Assembly (NCBI GenBank): GCA_002633005.1 | Contig: NMRA01000005.1 | Coordinates: 1,002,524-1,066,523 of the forward strand | Source: Phoronis australis | Lineage: Eukaryota; Animalia; Phoronida | Direction of reading: 5' to 3' | Length of the DNA: 64,000 nt | Shown: positions 37,595-51,099 of the stretch, piece by piece | Layout: every line of letters begins with the position of its first letter | Position numbering within the stretch: the first letter of the stretch is position 1 | Translations under genes and position numbers: made by a program | Notes under the pieces: generated by a model | The model's database searches: none | Told to the model about the DNA's origin: nothing | Seen by the model: only the letters and a program-made list of their open reading frames with translations

Positions 37595-38420
37595 AACAAG
37601 AGCAATGCAGAGCGTTGAAATGCGCCCATGAATGCATTGCAAATGGTGTGCTTTTAGGGTTATTTATTTGTATCATAAAAATGGCCACTAGATGGCGCAA
37701 AAACGTACAATTCATCAAAAAACTGGAACCTGCCATATTTCATAAAAATGTGTCGAGGAACTTCAGAAAATCAGGAAAACAGAATAAAATGAAATTGCCA
37801 CTTAAGTGGGGCACAGTGTCCGTTGGATACGCGCGAAAGTCGTTGAAATCTGTTGTTATCTTCATTACAAATACACTCACTAAATTTAATAAAGATCCTG
37901 CAGTGGGTTTAGGAAATACAGTTAAGGGCACAAAAAAACAAAACTACCACTAGGAGGAGCCACAGTAGTCAGTCGCCATCATCAAATGTTGGCCACTTTA
38001 CAATGAGAACACATGCCATTTTTTAAAACCATCCCTAGAATGATTTGGTTGATAGTAGGATGGACGCCAAAAACAAGATTCAAAAACAGCAAAAATGGCC
38101 ACCAGGTGGCGCAAAATACCTAGATTCCATCCAAAACAAGGATAGCGTCACCTCACTAATAGGTGCCTATATACCAAATTTTATGAAAATCCGTTGAGGA
38201 CTTTTGAAGATACAGAGGTGAAACGTAAAAAACTAAAATTGCCACTAGGGGGGAACACCGGTAGTTGGATCCGTTCAAAAGTTCACTCATGCCATCCCAT
38301 CTATGAAAGGAACACGTGCAAAATTTCACGAACATACGTCAAGGCGTTTTGGAGATAGAGCAGCGGACGCCGGACGGAGATGACGGCATAATGTGTCCGA
38401 ATATGTGGGCGCATAAAAAA
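37595..38420. mobile_element. Helentron-associated non-autonomous element (HINE/DINE-1/pearl-like) with degenerate central tandem repeats
   Basis: One end is aacaagag with a caatgca...tgcattg stem. Subterminal inverted repeats are atgcgccca (37620-37628) and tgggcgcat (38406-38414). A cggacg microsatellite remnant and cataaaaaa mark the other end. Internal periodicity is about 150 bp. Confidence 0.65.
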
Positions 38421-41400
38421 ACAAGTTCGCTCTTAGTCTGCATGTGATCTCTTTATTCTGCAATAAACTACAGCATTGTAATATCTAAGTACAAAAAGAC
38501 TACTATCTATTTATATACAACACTAATTTCACAAAGCATAATCATTACTAAAATCTGATGATTTCAGAACGGCTTATACCCATAAGAGACGGTATTCTCT
38601 TAAAATGCCAGTTAAAACCAATATTCATAACCAGAGCATTCTTTTTGCAAACAACAAAACGTGACATTTCTATCTGAAATAATGCGGATTCATGTTATTG
38701 GAATTTTACAATAAAGTTTACGGCTAGACTCCTTTAAAATTGCCAACTCGACACCAATCCTTTCACTAGTGAAAAAAAATTGTGAAAAACCCCGAAGAAT
38801 ACACTGGTCACAACAAGGAGCAGGCAGTGTTGTAATAAAGTGACAATATCAACAGCGGAACAGATAAGATTTCAAAAAAATGCTCTGCATAGGAAGTCAC
38901 ATGACTTGAGCGGACAATAGCCATTGACAACATCAATGAAAATGAACATTCAAATAAATCTTTTCAATATGTGCCATACAAATTCATTAGAGTTAAACAG
39001 TGCTCAACTCCAACCAAAAATAAATCTAATTTGTGGCAGAAAAGCTTGTAACTAAAGAAATCAACAAACTGACAAATTAGATAAAGAATTGGGATAACAG
39101 GTCCCATTGAAGCATCCATAAGCTCGCATTTTGTCGAAGAAACTAACTTTTGATTTAGACTTTTTCCTGCTCAACAATATTTGTCTTTAGTTATTCCTAA
39201 CCCAGAACAGAAGTGAATTTTGGTCTTGCACAGTACTGATAGCTCGTTATTACTCAAGACCATGCTTGGCAGACAGAATGACCCGCCGTGACTAGTCAAC
39301 TTGCAAGAATCTTGTGCCAAGCCAACAGGTGGAGGCGTGTGCCAAGCCAACAGGTGGAGCCGTGCACCAAGCAATAACGAATTGTCAGTTTCTTCTAAGC
39401 CCAAAATTGCATCTATTTTGACTAAGGAATAACTCGAGACCAATCTCATGACGGTAAGTTGTCTAAATCCAAAGTAGATTTTTGTGACCGAAGATGGGTT
39501 CATAGCTCCTTTAAACATGCCTAGTCTCATTAACTGTGAATATGCAAATGAATTAATAACTTGTAAACAACACCAGGTCCTCCAGTGTGCCAGAAATCAT
39601 CCGAGAACCAGTTATCATTACAATCTCGCAAAAGTCTTGTTTTGCGAGACTATGTTTTTGTAAATGAGTATGGTAATATTTCATCGTTACCCTAACGAAA
39701 CAAGGCAGTTTTTATTATTCATTACATTATCAAATGATATTTGGAATTACTATGTTTTTTTAAATGTTCACACTTGTTTTTAAGTGTATCAGTTGCACTG
39801 TTTTCTTTATAATTCATTTACAAATTGTTTTTTCCTGATATTTGTACACACAGTTCTCCAGGAAGTCACTACGTGACGCTTACTACAAATTTAAATATTC
39901 AGTTTTAATGAGGCATAGCATCTTAAAATAACACAAATCCTCGTCTTTTTATCAGTCTTCTACAGTGGTGTTGTGCGCGACGATATTTCCCCAGTAACTG
40001 AAACACAGCCGCTGTACTCGCACATACTCCTAGTGGAGACTTTGAAAACAATTTTCTTCACACAATGAACAACTGCTGAACCAATCAGATGATGTTTGCT
40101 AGTTACAGGCAGGGTGACGACAAAAACTTTTGCCAATGACGTTATTATAACAAAATGACTTTTCACAAACAACAGCACTGGCCTGTTTTACATCAAGCAG
40201 ACATCTGATAAATAAATGAAAATGGAGAGGACATGACCAAAATGATCTGACCAGGTTAAACATCATTTTGACACAAGAGTGGTGCAACAAATAATGACAG
40301 ACTGACAAGGTGGGCACCTTTATAGTAAGAAGTAAACAACTATGAACACAGACAGTCATTTTCAAATGAAAGGAGATATTTTCCTTATCTTGAACCAATG
40401 GCATTAAGAAATGGTAGTTCATGGAAATTATTTCACAACAAAAATGGATTTTCACATTTCCTGAGAAGTATTACCATGCAGTCAAATCTGAGCAAGAACT
40501 TTTCTAAATGTTAGTTGTAACCAAAGTTTGCTGTCATCAGATCTACGGTAAAATCTCACCAATTTAGGACACAATATAGCCGACAAGTGAAATGTTATTT
40601 TATCAAACAAAAACTTATGACAAAGCAACACACTTGGAGAAATTTCATTTCAATAAAATGTTCTGCACCAAAGCTATCATCGGAGAAAGTTTTGAAAAAA
40701 TGTGGGCAAACTGATATGGCAAAAATCGTTGGGCGTTGACAGATGGCCATTTCACCAGCCTACAATGAAACTGGGGCAAGCGGAGACATTCGATCAAAAC
40801 CACTTTGGGTGTGCACGCTATCCCGAAAGTGTTTTACACTGGTGTGCTTGTGTTCACCAAGGTCAGCCAACCATTTCCAGCAGGGGCCCATTTTATGAGA
40901 GTGACATATAAGTCACTTAAAAGACAAAAATTTGGTCTTGCACTCGCATCTCGTTGAAATAAGGTTTTGCCTAGTAATTATGAGTTCATGGCAGTCTATA
41001 AATAATTTATAGAAATTGTTTCAGTAACTAGCTTCAAGTTGAACTTGCGTGCAAACTCCTTATCTCTGTGATTGCTTGGTCAAATTAGTTAGAAACAAAA
41101 ATGTAGTGACCATGTGATTATGAAGTAGGTTAAAAATTGCCAAATGTTTTTAAACATGAGTTTTGTGTCGAAAATGATCTGCTGGCATGTCCAGTAAGTA
41201 TTGTGACGTGGTATTGGGGAGTAACACTGCATGGTGCAGGCTATGTGAGCCCCTAAAGTACAACATTAGTACAAAGGTCACCTATTTGCAGAATTTGTTT
41301 TCACATTTACAAGCTGTTAATGAATACAACTGCACATTGTTTAGCGCAGATGATGTTCAAATAACATTGTCGTTTAGTTCCTGCTATACATTAGCATAAT

Positions 41401-44400
41401 TAGGAGTATGCAAATACATCTTTATTAAGTGAATATTCTCAAAGAGTGCACTTTTGTTCAAGTGAGATTTAAGTATTTTTCACAAATAATTGTGTGGAGC
41501 TCAAGACCATATTTCAATCTTAAATCTTGAGTCACTTTTCACAACACAGACCCCTGGACACCAGTTTACACTTCAACAGGCAGTTGTCATGGAAAAATAG
41601 TACCAGACGAAACCTGAACCGCTTCAAACCGCGTAGCAAACTGACACCGCTGCCTCAAGTTCAATTCACACATCAGCTTGCACCATGTCAGAGGTGATGC
41701 CATTTCATTGACGTGTCGTACGCACGTGTTCTCCGAAACAGAAAATTCAAACCTGAACAAAACTACTAGATTGACTATAGGAAGTTTAGTCCACACAGTG
41801 AGGAGTACTTGTACATATGAAGCCTTGGACATTGTACAGGAACTGTTGTCAAACATAATAAGTATCACCACATACTTAACAGAATGACTATGGTAATTCT
41901 TCACATATTTCGCACAAATTGCCAAAAATGTCATCTCTATTATTCAAAGTCTGACTAACATGCGGCAAATCATGAAAATTTACTGATGACGGTTCAAATC
42001 AAGGTTTAATAATAACCTTAATAACAGAGATATTCCTGGCCTGCGCCATTAGCGCATAAAACAAGTAAAAAGATGCAAGCATATTGCACCAAAGGCAGAA
42101 GGTGAGATCATCTGATCTTGCGAAGCTGTCGGGGGGCTTCGCCCCATCTGCTCATCATCGGGCAGCAGTGTGCCCCTGGAAGCATCTTTTAAAACACAAC
42201 TCTCTTCCAAAAATGCAAGATTCTAGTCAACTTACAGCCAGTCAGGTAATCATGACTCTGTTCATATTTTGATTGCCCTCGGGTTTTTTTTGTTTTATGC
42301 GTTACCACTTGAATTACACGAAGTCTCCTGGCACAACTTTTTGAAAAAAGCCACTTTTTATTATCAGGTGCGCCGCAAGGGCACAGGTTAGAACCTGGTC
42401 AGAAATATTCCAGGAAAAGTAGAATGAAACACTACTAACAAGTTGAGAAATATTTGACAAAATAAACTTTCTGGTCCACAATATTGTGTGCTAACAGTTG
42501 GAGAATTACCATTAATTCCAAGAAATCAAACAGGTACAGGTGGAATCCAAACATGCCCCTGAAACGAGTTCAAACGGGTTGTGGAGAACAACGCATTACG
42601 TTGCCTGACAACATTAACCAATATAGTGGCGACCAAGTCTGTAAGAACACGGCAGCTATGACCATTTAACACAAAATGCAATATAAGGTTATGTAGGACC
42701 ATAAAAATGTCCAAATCTGGACTTGAGAGCGTCATATCTCAAAAATGGCCGCTGGGATTCATATGAAGCACTATGCTTTATGCGCTGTTCACCAAAACAA
42801 TGTAATGAACTTTTTTACAAAATGTTCCATGAGCTATCAAAATACATAAAAAATCAAAAGTTGAATAAAATGAAAACCAAATACTTTTAAAAATTGTAAC
42901 ACCATTTTTGTGATTTCATCTTGAAGACTTTCATCATAGTTTGGTCATGTTATAGATATTCTCGTTTCCCTTTCCATGAAACTCTCCTTTTTGTTAAATT
43001 TTACTGAAAACACATGGTCATGTGACCCAATCAACGGCAGATTTGTTTAATGTCAAAAATCAAATACTACAGGATTTCTATTTTCAGAAACTTGAATGTA
43101 GTTAAAATCTTTAGTGAATATTTGGCTTACTGCACAAACTTGTTGATAAGGTCCTAAATAACTTTAAATTCACAGTTGGGGTCAATCTAACGCTGCACAG
43201 TGTTAATATACACTGATTCTGTGGTACAACACATACCAGACAGGAGTACAAACAATGATTTGAATTTAAAATTCGCTTAAATAACAAAAATGTTGTCTTG
43301 CTAAAATTTTTTCACCTGAGGCAAGTAATCTTGAAATTTCGTAGTGTACCAATTCAACTTCAGATTTAAAGCAGAATTTTGTATAAAATGCCCAACAGGT
43401 TAGTATGAAATATTAATTAGCAAAGTCTTAATTCATGAAAAAGCTTCTATTTTTGCTTAAACTGAAAATTGAAGAAACGCCCCTTTTATCTGATATGTTT
43501 TGGACCACACTTCAAATGAACATCTCAAGAAATATTCAGAATTTCATTTCAACCCCACTACCTTGGTCATCAGTGCCCAAAATCAACTAACAACAAAGGA
43601 CCATTAACAGACCATCAATAGCATCCCCTTCGGATAAAAAGATCAGCGTAACAAAGTATTTGGAAAAAATAGAACTAATAATAGAGTACTTGCCTGTTTT
43701 GGGAAAGTTTTCTTTTTTCTTAAAATATACACATGTACTGGTTTACAAAACCCCGTTTGCACTGACATCTTGTGACAGTAGTCAAAACATTCAGGCTGGT
43801 CACTGAGGACAACCATTCAGCTAAGGATATTTTTGAATGGGTGCCAAACCATACATGAAGGCACTAGCACTCTATTTTCTATAGCATAAAAACATGCTAA
43901 TTGCATGGAAATTCTGACTAACCCTGAATGTTTTGACAACTGTAGCCCGAGACACAGTAAAATGAGATTGCAAAAAATTGCAAGAAATTCATCTGTCAGT
44001 CTTTCTTGTTCAAACAGCGGTGACATCTTTTGGATGAGATCCGAGTTAACCATTAGTTGAATGATCTGCAGCACAAACCCTGAAACACATATTGACACAA
44101 CTGTTACCATGACATCCACACCCACAAAGGTACGTCTACTTGGGATCGGCGCACACTCATGTAAGTATTCAGACCCTGAATTTCGCTTGCACATTGCCAC
44201 ACTACAGAATTATTCAGAAGCTGCATGTAGACACTCAATTATCGATGTAATGAGCACTTACGATGCCAAACGGCTATTCCTTTTTGCTAATGATTGGATT
44301 CTTTCCGTCATTATATGTAAGGCAATTCGAAGCTTGAATGCACTCTTCCACAAACACAGAATTCATGACACAGTGACAAATATCACAGAAATAGTCCATA

Positions 44401-45541
44401 TCCACTGACGAGATCCTTCGATTTTCCACACAAAATACACACAACAGACTTCTTCCATATAAAAATAACATAAAAATGATCTGCTTCCTGAGATGTGACA
44501 TTCCACACAACACACATAAAAATACATGTTAATATTAAGAATAGCACCATTAAATTTGTCCTGGTAGCACATTTTTGTAGAGCATCCAGAGATCCAATAG
44601 TAACTCCGATTATGTTTTTTGACGTTTTACACCTTAGCGGTAGCAACGTCAAAACAATCGCAGCAAATTCCACAGCGTTACACAAAGCACTGACATATTT
44701 CATTTGTTAGCACATAGTAAATATCATTTTACCTTATCCATATTTGAGGAATCCTTTCGTAGAGAATCTTCCGACACAAGAACGAACACAGAACGTAAAT
44801 TTTTGTTTAAAAACAGTTTTTCTCCACAGGTAGATCTTATTCACACATTTTCCAGTTCATCAGATTTTAAAACCATGCACGGATGCATGGTAACAACTGT
44901 TCCATCCTTAGCAACACCTTGAAATTAATCAACAATGCCACCTTCCATTTGCACGTATTCACTCCAGATTCAATTGCAGTTTTTTTTTTAAACAAGTTCA
45001 ACACGAGATAAGCTTTCTCCAGGCGACAGGGTGAAACTATAAGCACAAAGTTCCAAAACAAAGAATAACACATTTGCACAATGACTTGACCACAGATATG
45101 TCCACGAAGTCTTCTAATCACAAAAACCACCAAATGAAATCAAACACGAGACTGCTCTTGTTCGTGATGAGCAGGTGAACACCAGAATCACACGTGTACA
45201 CCGTATCTCCAACACCACTTTCATCACGTTATGGACTTTCAAAATTTCACTGGCATTCATATTTTATCGGTTTCATCATGAAGATCCACAATTTATTTCT
45301 TCCTTCCAGGCAACAATGGTCACAGCACGCACCTCATGGTTTATGAGTAGGCCACGCAGTGGTACGAAATCAACACTCGGTGGTGAATTACAACTGAATA
45401 CAACAGGATGACGACCCTATCTTCAAAAATCACATCTTGGTGCAGGGCACTTGGCATAAAACGTAGTCTCTTGACACACTAAACACACAAAAACAATTTA
45501 GACGCAGACATAATTGGTGGCACAACTAACGATCAACTCGA

Positions 45542-47740
45542 CTAAATACCGCCTCTCACAGCAACGACCAACAAATGGTCATCTTTAGTCATATCAAAAG
45601 CTAAATCGGGGGCGCGCCGACTGAGGAAATCGTGACCGAAACGGCAAGGCGGAAAAGCATGTAGAACTCCCGATTCACCATCCTTGGAAGATGCAAGGGA
45701 CACAACTCCAGCAGCATCTTTCTGTTTGAGATACGTAACTAGGTTGCGCAACAATCGCTGTTGGATTTTCGGATCATCAGATGACAACGATGGTCCAGCC
45801 ATAGCAAGCATGATGCAGTGACCACGGGGACCAACACTAGTTATACGTTTTGCCACCTCATCAAGTTTTGTCTGGTCTAAGCGGAGACGTTGAGTGATAC
45901 GAAGTGTGGGGACACCCCCTGTTGACACATCATCCATAAGGCTGTCTACAATGGCACGATCACCACTGACCAGGTGAAGCTGAGCTGAAAACGAGCTGTT
46001 TTTCAGCGCAAATGCACCATTCCACACCTTGGGCAGACATTTGGCCAAATCAACAACGTGTTCCACGCCGTCCAGAAAGTGCTCTCGTTCAGGGCTCTGT
46101 GAAGTCCTAGATCGTCGCTCGCCACCAACACTGAATTCTGCTCCTTGTGTAGTCCTTCGTTTCCCAGGCGATTGATTCCCATTGTCAAAACGAGGCTCCT
46201 TGTCCCTGAACATTTCACCATCAGGTGGAGTCCTGGGCTGGGGAGGAGCGTAGCGGTTATCACCTCGCCCATCATGGTTGTCACGACCACCACCACTTCG
46301 ACGTGGGTTATAATCATTACCAAAGTTGTTCTGATTTCGAAATCCAGAGTCGCGGTCTTGCCAGTCCTTAGTCCGCCCACGATCTGAGTTGCCATGACGC
46401 TTGGGATTTGATGGTATCTCGCCTCTGGCCACACGAGCTGCTTCACCAAAGTCATCAGCATCTCCACTGGGACCAAGAGGGGGGGCAGGTGCAGGCGCAG
46501 GTGGAGGTGACGGGGGCTGATCATCAGTTGCTTGACTGGGATCAGCGAAATCAATTCGTAGCCGTTTGTTAGGACCACCCAAAGGGAACCCCCTCATTTC
46601 CTGTCTTGCAGCCGTGGCAGCTTCATTGTTGTCGTACAAGACATATGCATAATTCTTGTTCTCTGGCCAGTAAATTTTGTGAATTACACCAAATCGATCA
46701 AACTCCCGCTCCAATGTATCCATGCGTATCCAAGGGCCCAAGCCACCAATCCATAAACATGACGTCGGCGTCACTTTACCATAACCTATTTTGCACTGGA
46801 ATTTTCCAACATACTGGCCGGATAACTCAACTTTAGCTCTATGGGCCATGTCAAGATTGTGATAACGGACAAAAGCAAATGGATTCCCGCGTCCATTGGG
46901 GGCCATTTTTATATCTATGTCTTCTACGTGACCATGTTTACCAAATATTTGGCGTAACTCACTCAAACCGACGTCGAAATCAAGGTTGCCAACAAAAAGA
47001 GTACGTGTGGCTTTATCATCATCTTCAGGGGGTATATGATCAAGATGGTATGGAAACCTAGGTTCGCCTCTGCGTTGTTCGTTGCGACTATCCGGTCCAC
47101 TGCTATTGTTTCTTCTACGACCAGGAGGTGATCCACTGCGATTAGAGAAGGTGTCCACATCACGACGGTCTCCACCACGATCTTTGACAAAATCAGGACT
47201 AGAACGACGCTGGTTAAAATGAGACCTCTGCTGCTGATGTTGATAGACAGCGTCCACTCTCATTGGCCGATCAAACATGAACATTTTTCCATGCCGAATT
47301 TTTGCAGCTCTAGCGTCATCAGAAAAACGAAAGTTGATGTAACACAAACGCTTGTCCTGGGCATTATAAACTATTTTGACATTGAATTCACCAAATTTCT
47401 TAAATTCATAGTACATTGCCTTTTTGATCTCAGGATCGGGAACTTGAGAAGGAAAACCACTAATGCAAATTGAACAAAATTCCGAACGATCGATTGGGGA
47501 GCTTTGTGGGTAACGGCCTTGAGGGCCTCTATCATCTTTAAATCGTTTTCGAGAACGATCGTCATAATCTGAATCGCGATTTGGTTTACTGTCGAAATCG
47601 CGCGAGTCTCGCTTATTTGGTCTCAGGTCTCTTTGTTCTCTGTCCTGCGAGCGATCTCGGCCGTGCATATTTCTCCGTGGAGGTGGAGAACGGTACCTCT
47701 TAGATGGTGGTGACACGTCTCTTTCTTGCAAACGTTTCAT
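45542..47740 (-). CDS. RBM15: RNA-binding protein 15 / spenito (small SPEN family; m6A writer complex adaptor), 732 aa, intronless CDS
   Basis: Three RRMs (EFKKFGEFNVK..CYINF; PEDDDKATRTLFVGNL..AFVRY; LWIGGLGPW..REFDRFG..MRGFPLGGP..RLRIDFA) and a C-terminal SPOC domain (WNGAFALKNS, LRITQRLRLD, LRNLVTYLKQKDAAGV, LHAFPPC). Confidence 0.97.
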   Translation of the reverse strand: MKRLQERDVSPPSKRYRSPPPRRNMHGRDRSQDREQRDLRPNKRDSRDFDSKPNRDSDYDDRSRKRFKDDRGPQGRYPQSSPIDRSEFCSICISGFPSQVPDPEIKKAMYYEFKKFGEFNVKIVYNAQDKRLCYINFRFSDDARAAKIRHGKMFMFDRPMRVDAVYQHQQQRSHFNQRRSSPDFVKDRGGDRRDVDTFSNRSGSPPGRRRNNSSGPDSRNEQRRGEPRFPYHLDHIPPEDDDKATRTLFVGNLDFDVGLSELRQIFGKHGHVEDIDIKMAPNGRGNPFAFVRYHNLDMAHRAKVELSGQYVGKFQCKIGYGKVTPTSCLWIGGLGPWIRMDTLEREFDRFGVIHKIYWPENKNYAYVLYDNNEAATAARQEMRGFPLGGPNKRLRIDFADPSQATDDQPPSPPPAPAPAPPLGPSGDADDFGEAARVARGEIPSNPKRHGNSDRGRTKDWQDRDSGFRNQNNFGNDYNPRRSGGGRDNHDGRGDNRYAPPQPRTPPDGEMFRDKEPRFDNGNQSPGKRRTTQGAEFSVGGERRSRTSQSPEREHFLDGVEHVVDLAKCLPKVWNGAFALKNSSFSAQLHLVSGDRAIVDSLMDDVSTGGVPTLRITQRLRLDQTKLDEVAKRITSVGPRGHCIMLAMAGPSLSSDDPKIQQRLLRNLVTYLKQKDAAGVVSLASSKDGESGVLHAFPPCRFGHDFLSRRAPDLAFDMTKDDHLLVVAVRGGI

Positions 47741-47794
47741 TGTTTTCTGAAAAAGGAATAGTTAATATTCAAATTTAACCTTTCACTTTACAGC

Positions 47795-47885
47795 ATTATG
47801 CCGCCATCTTCTTCACAGGTTTCCGCGCATGTGTAATGCGCAGTTTCAACACTTTTTCGTTATCCAAAAGATGGCGGTAAGGGTG
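47795..47885. promoter_or_regulatory. Probable bidirectional promoter of RBM15
   Basis: Outward-facing YY1-type AAGATGGCGG motifs at 47801-47810 (-) and 47868-47877 (+), flanking ETS-like ttccg and NRF1-like gcgcatg..atgcgca. Confidence 0.7.
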
Positions 47886-48575
47886 AGGAAGGCGAGATGG
47901 TTGAGGGCGTAGGACAAAGGAGCGGTGAGCTGCCGAGCCATTTTTGTTAAGAGGCCCACTTTTTAAGCAATTGCCATTCGGTTTGTACGTTCACTTGAAA
48001 ACAAGATTTTATTGACACATGCATCAAAAATGCCCTAGAAAACAATTGTTATGCACAGATTTTCTGCAGCAAATTGATTCGGATTCTCCAATTCAAATGC
48101 GTGCATGAAAGCTGCGTTTCTCCAAGGAATTCTCTCTGGCAGGGAAATCTTCCGGCACTATTTTTCTGCTTTTTTGAAATTGTATAGCAGGAGAGACGGC
48201 CGGGTCCGTTGAAGGCTTTAATGGCTACCATTTTCCACAGACGCTTTCTTATTTGCAACCTTTCTGTCTATGAAACTTTTGAATATCATTTGATTTCAAA
48301 TGACACGTAATTTAATTTTTAAAATGTTGATCTTTAGTTAATTTTTATAATTATCAGCAGCGCACGACATCAAATTTCATAAATACGTCATACTTAACAT
48401 TAGAATAGTCATAAACGAAAATATTAGATGTGGCTTAAATTCGCGGTAAAACGGCAAATTATCAACTAAAATTGTTTTTCAGTCCCAACAACTTTGAGAA
48501 AGTCTTATGTGACGCGGGTTGAACCAGTGCTGTAGTGGGGCGTAGGCGCACATAGGCGCCAACCATCTTTTTACA

Positions 48576-48663
48576 TTGTGCATCATGACTCTTCCTTGCA
48601 GTGCAGCTGCATGTGAACGAGGATTCAGCGAAACGGATCAGATAGTCAACAAACGATCGAAGG
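48576..48663 (+). pseudogene. hAT transposase C-terminal dimerisation-domain fragment
   Basis: MTLPCSAAACERGFS matches the LxxPxSxAxCERxFS hAT signature; no surrounding long ORF. Confidence 0.6.
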
Positions 48664-50884
48664 GCCCCCGAGGACACACCCCATATAGGCGACTACAAAC
48701 GGTTCCAACATATCGTTTCTGGGCGTTACCGCTCCTATTTTCCTTTATAACTGTGTTTGGGTTCCCTTCAGAGACCGCTTGGAATGCACGCAGACCTTTT
48801 CCATCCTATAAAAAATTGTGTGATTTGCCACTGCAGACTTGAAGTAAATACCCACTCTTGAGTCAAAAATAGGCATACATGTCTGTGATGTTTTCGAATT
48901 CAATGCACTTTTAAAATTCAGTGCTCAAGGTGATACGGTGGGCTTTAAGCGTCAGCTTATTACCACTACAGCACTGGTTTGAACTAAAATAGCCCAGAAA
49001 CTACGATTGTGATCGCACCTTTTTCTTATTAGAAACCTGAGCGACATCAAAATGAAACACTTATTAAAGAAAAAAATGTTAAAATATGATTGAAGTACAG
49101 AGTCAAACTCCAGGAAAAGATTTAAGACCGACATCAGAAAACCAGTGAACCACTAAATATGATTAAAGCCCCGAAAAAATAAACCAGTCATAAGAGAACG
49201 TGCAACGAAATTAATCTGTTTAAAGTTTTACAATGAACCATCAATTTGATTAGAAGTGGGCTTATAGTAACCGAGATAAGTTTCACATTTTCTCCACTAC
49301 CTTGGTGACTCTCACCTTGTTTTGCAGCTTTGTAGTACGCAAAGACCAAACAAAATACAACAACAATTATCAATCAGTAAATTAAAATTTTGTCGTACCC
49401 TCTCAATAAATAATTATTGTTCCTCGAATGTCAGTGTTCGAGGACGAACCTAGGACTGCCGGTGGGAAGGACGGACGGAAAATGGGGAGCGAGACACTCA
49501 GGCGAAAATTTGAAAGCATAGATCGTTTAGCAAGAAGGGCGGATACAGGAATGCAAAAGGAAGAGAGGGACGTATAAAATAGGGAAACTGAAGGACTTGG
49601 CTTGTAGTAAAAAGGGCGGGGTTCTTATAGCAAGGGCGAGGTTGTCCTCGGAAGTACGGAGATTTATGGAAACGGCTGTAAATGGTAGGGTGGGTGTGTA
49701 GGGGGGTGTCGCTGATGTCAAGGGATTAAGTCGGATTGTAACGAGAAAAACGGGGATAGTTTGTAAATTGAGAGGACGGTGCTGCTGAGTGGAAAAAATT
49801 TTTTAATAGACATTTGGGATTGCGAAGCCAACGTCGCAACCTGGTCTGACAGCGTAATTCTCTGATTTATTAACACAACATCAAAACCTGCAATGAATAC
49901 GCTCATGTTTTTGAAGCGGGCTGTCATCATTGATTTTTGAGCGACCGTGACGACAAAGTGTACATTTACTACGTAAGCCAACACAAGCGAGTATTATTGG
50001 TTGCGAGCCGACCGTAGAGCGACGTCTCTCATGAAAGTACAAAGTGTTGGCCTACAGTTATTAACATTTGACAGGCGATAGTTTCGATGCACGTGTTTCA
50101 GTTTCTAGTGTAGCAATATTGGCCTACCTCGACTTATCTTAACACTCCGCTTTCCACGACCACCGCTGACCGGCCATATGCGTCAGTACTGTACATAGCT
50201 TCTCCCTCTCGAGACTCGTACGGTGACTCTACTTCGCAGCACACGAGTTGAACAACAGAACAAGCTCAACGTGCGGGATCGGACTCGTCTTTTGAATGAG
50301 CTGAGGCCAACAATACTTTCGTTTCACTATGAAACTATTTGGTGACAGAGGTGCTGAAATTAAGCTGTGGAAGCATTTTCAGAACTCGGGCAGTTGACGC
50401 CAACTCTTCAACCCCTGGGGATCACTGACTCTTCCTTATAACTGGAAGATGCGGCAGATGTTGTTCTGGGGAGGCACTTTGATTTGCAGGCTTTGCCTAG
50501 AGATGACCACTGAGACAAGTGAAAGTTGTTATGAATGTAACTGGAGGACGCTCACCGAACACTGATTTGGTTCACTGAATCCCAAGCACCAAGGACATAG
50601 AAATGTGGCTGACCTGTCATGGCTATACGGACCTTTATTGTCGCCCCAATGAGGAATCTGTAGTAAGAAGTAATCCTGCTGTGGGCATTTGTTGTGTGGA
50701 ATCACTCGGTCCTACATCGCACTTGCCAACTGCCACGCTCTTGGAAATCGTACTTTGTTTTGCATTTTGAAGATTTGCCGCGCGTCCCTACATGCCATCA
50801 AAATTTCCCACTACGGTACAAGGGGAAATTGGCTTATCATCAGGTATTATTATTACTTATTCCCTATTTTCCCGTTCGCGCACC

Positions 50885-51095
50885 CAGCCTATGAAAATAC
50901 AGGGGGGGCTCGAATTTTTCAGTACGTGGACCTTTTACTGAAGAAACGGGGATTTAAAAACGGGGTTCTACGTTCAGACCTATGAATTGTGCATTCGCGC
51001 CGGTTTCCAGTGGACTTTTGTCCCGTTTTCCCTCTCTTTTTTGTTTCTCTGAAGCGGACCTTTTGCCCACTTCGGCAAATGGGGGGCTCATTCGT
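50885..51095. mobile_element. MITE-like fragment that apparently truncates the 5' LTR of the adjacent BEL/Pao element
   Basis: G-run and ggaccttt repeated motifs; similarity between the two LTRs stops at about 51100. Confidence 0.4.
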
Positions 51096-51099
51096 CATT

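Noticed and set aside
45542-45560. Alternative donor near the RBM15 stop codon, as in vertebrate C-terminal isoforms
   Set aside because: GT candidates exist (GCG|gtattt on the minus strand), but I could not identify a convincing partner acceptor.
46003-46578. 191-aa alternative-frame ORF within RBM15
   Set aside because: It overlaps the low-complexity linker, has no homology signal, and such ORFs are expected in GC-richer coding DNA.
49440-49780. Purine-rich tract as a LINE or coding fragment
   Set aside because: No protein motif could be recognised in the frames examined.
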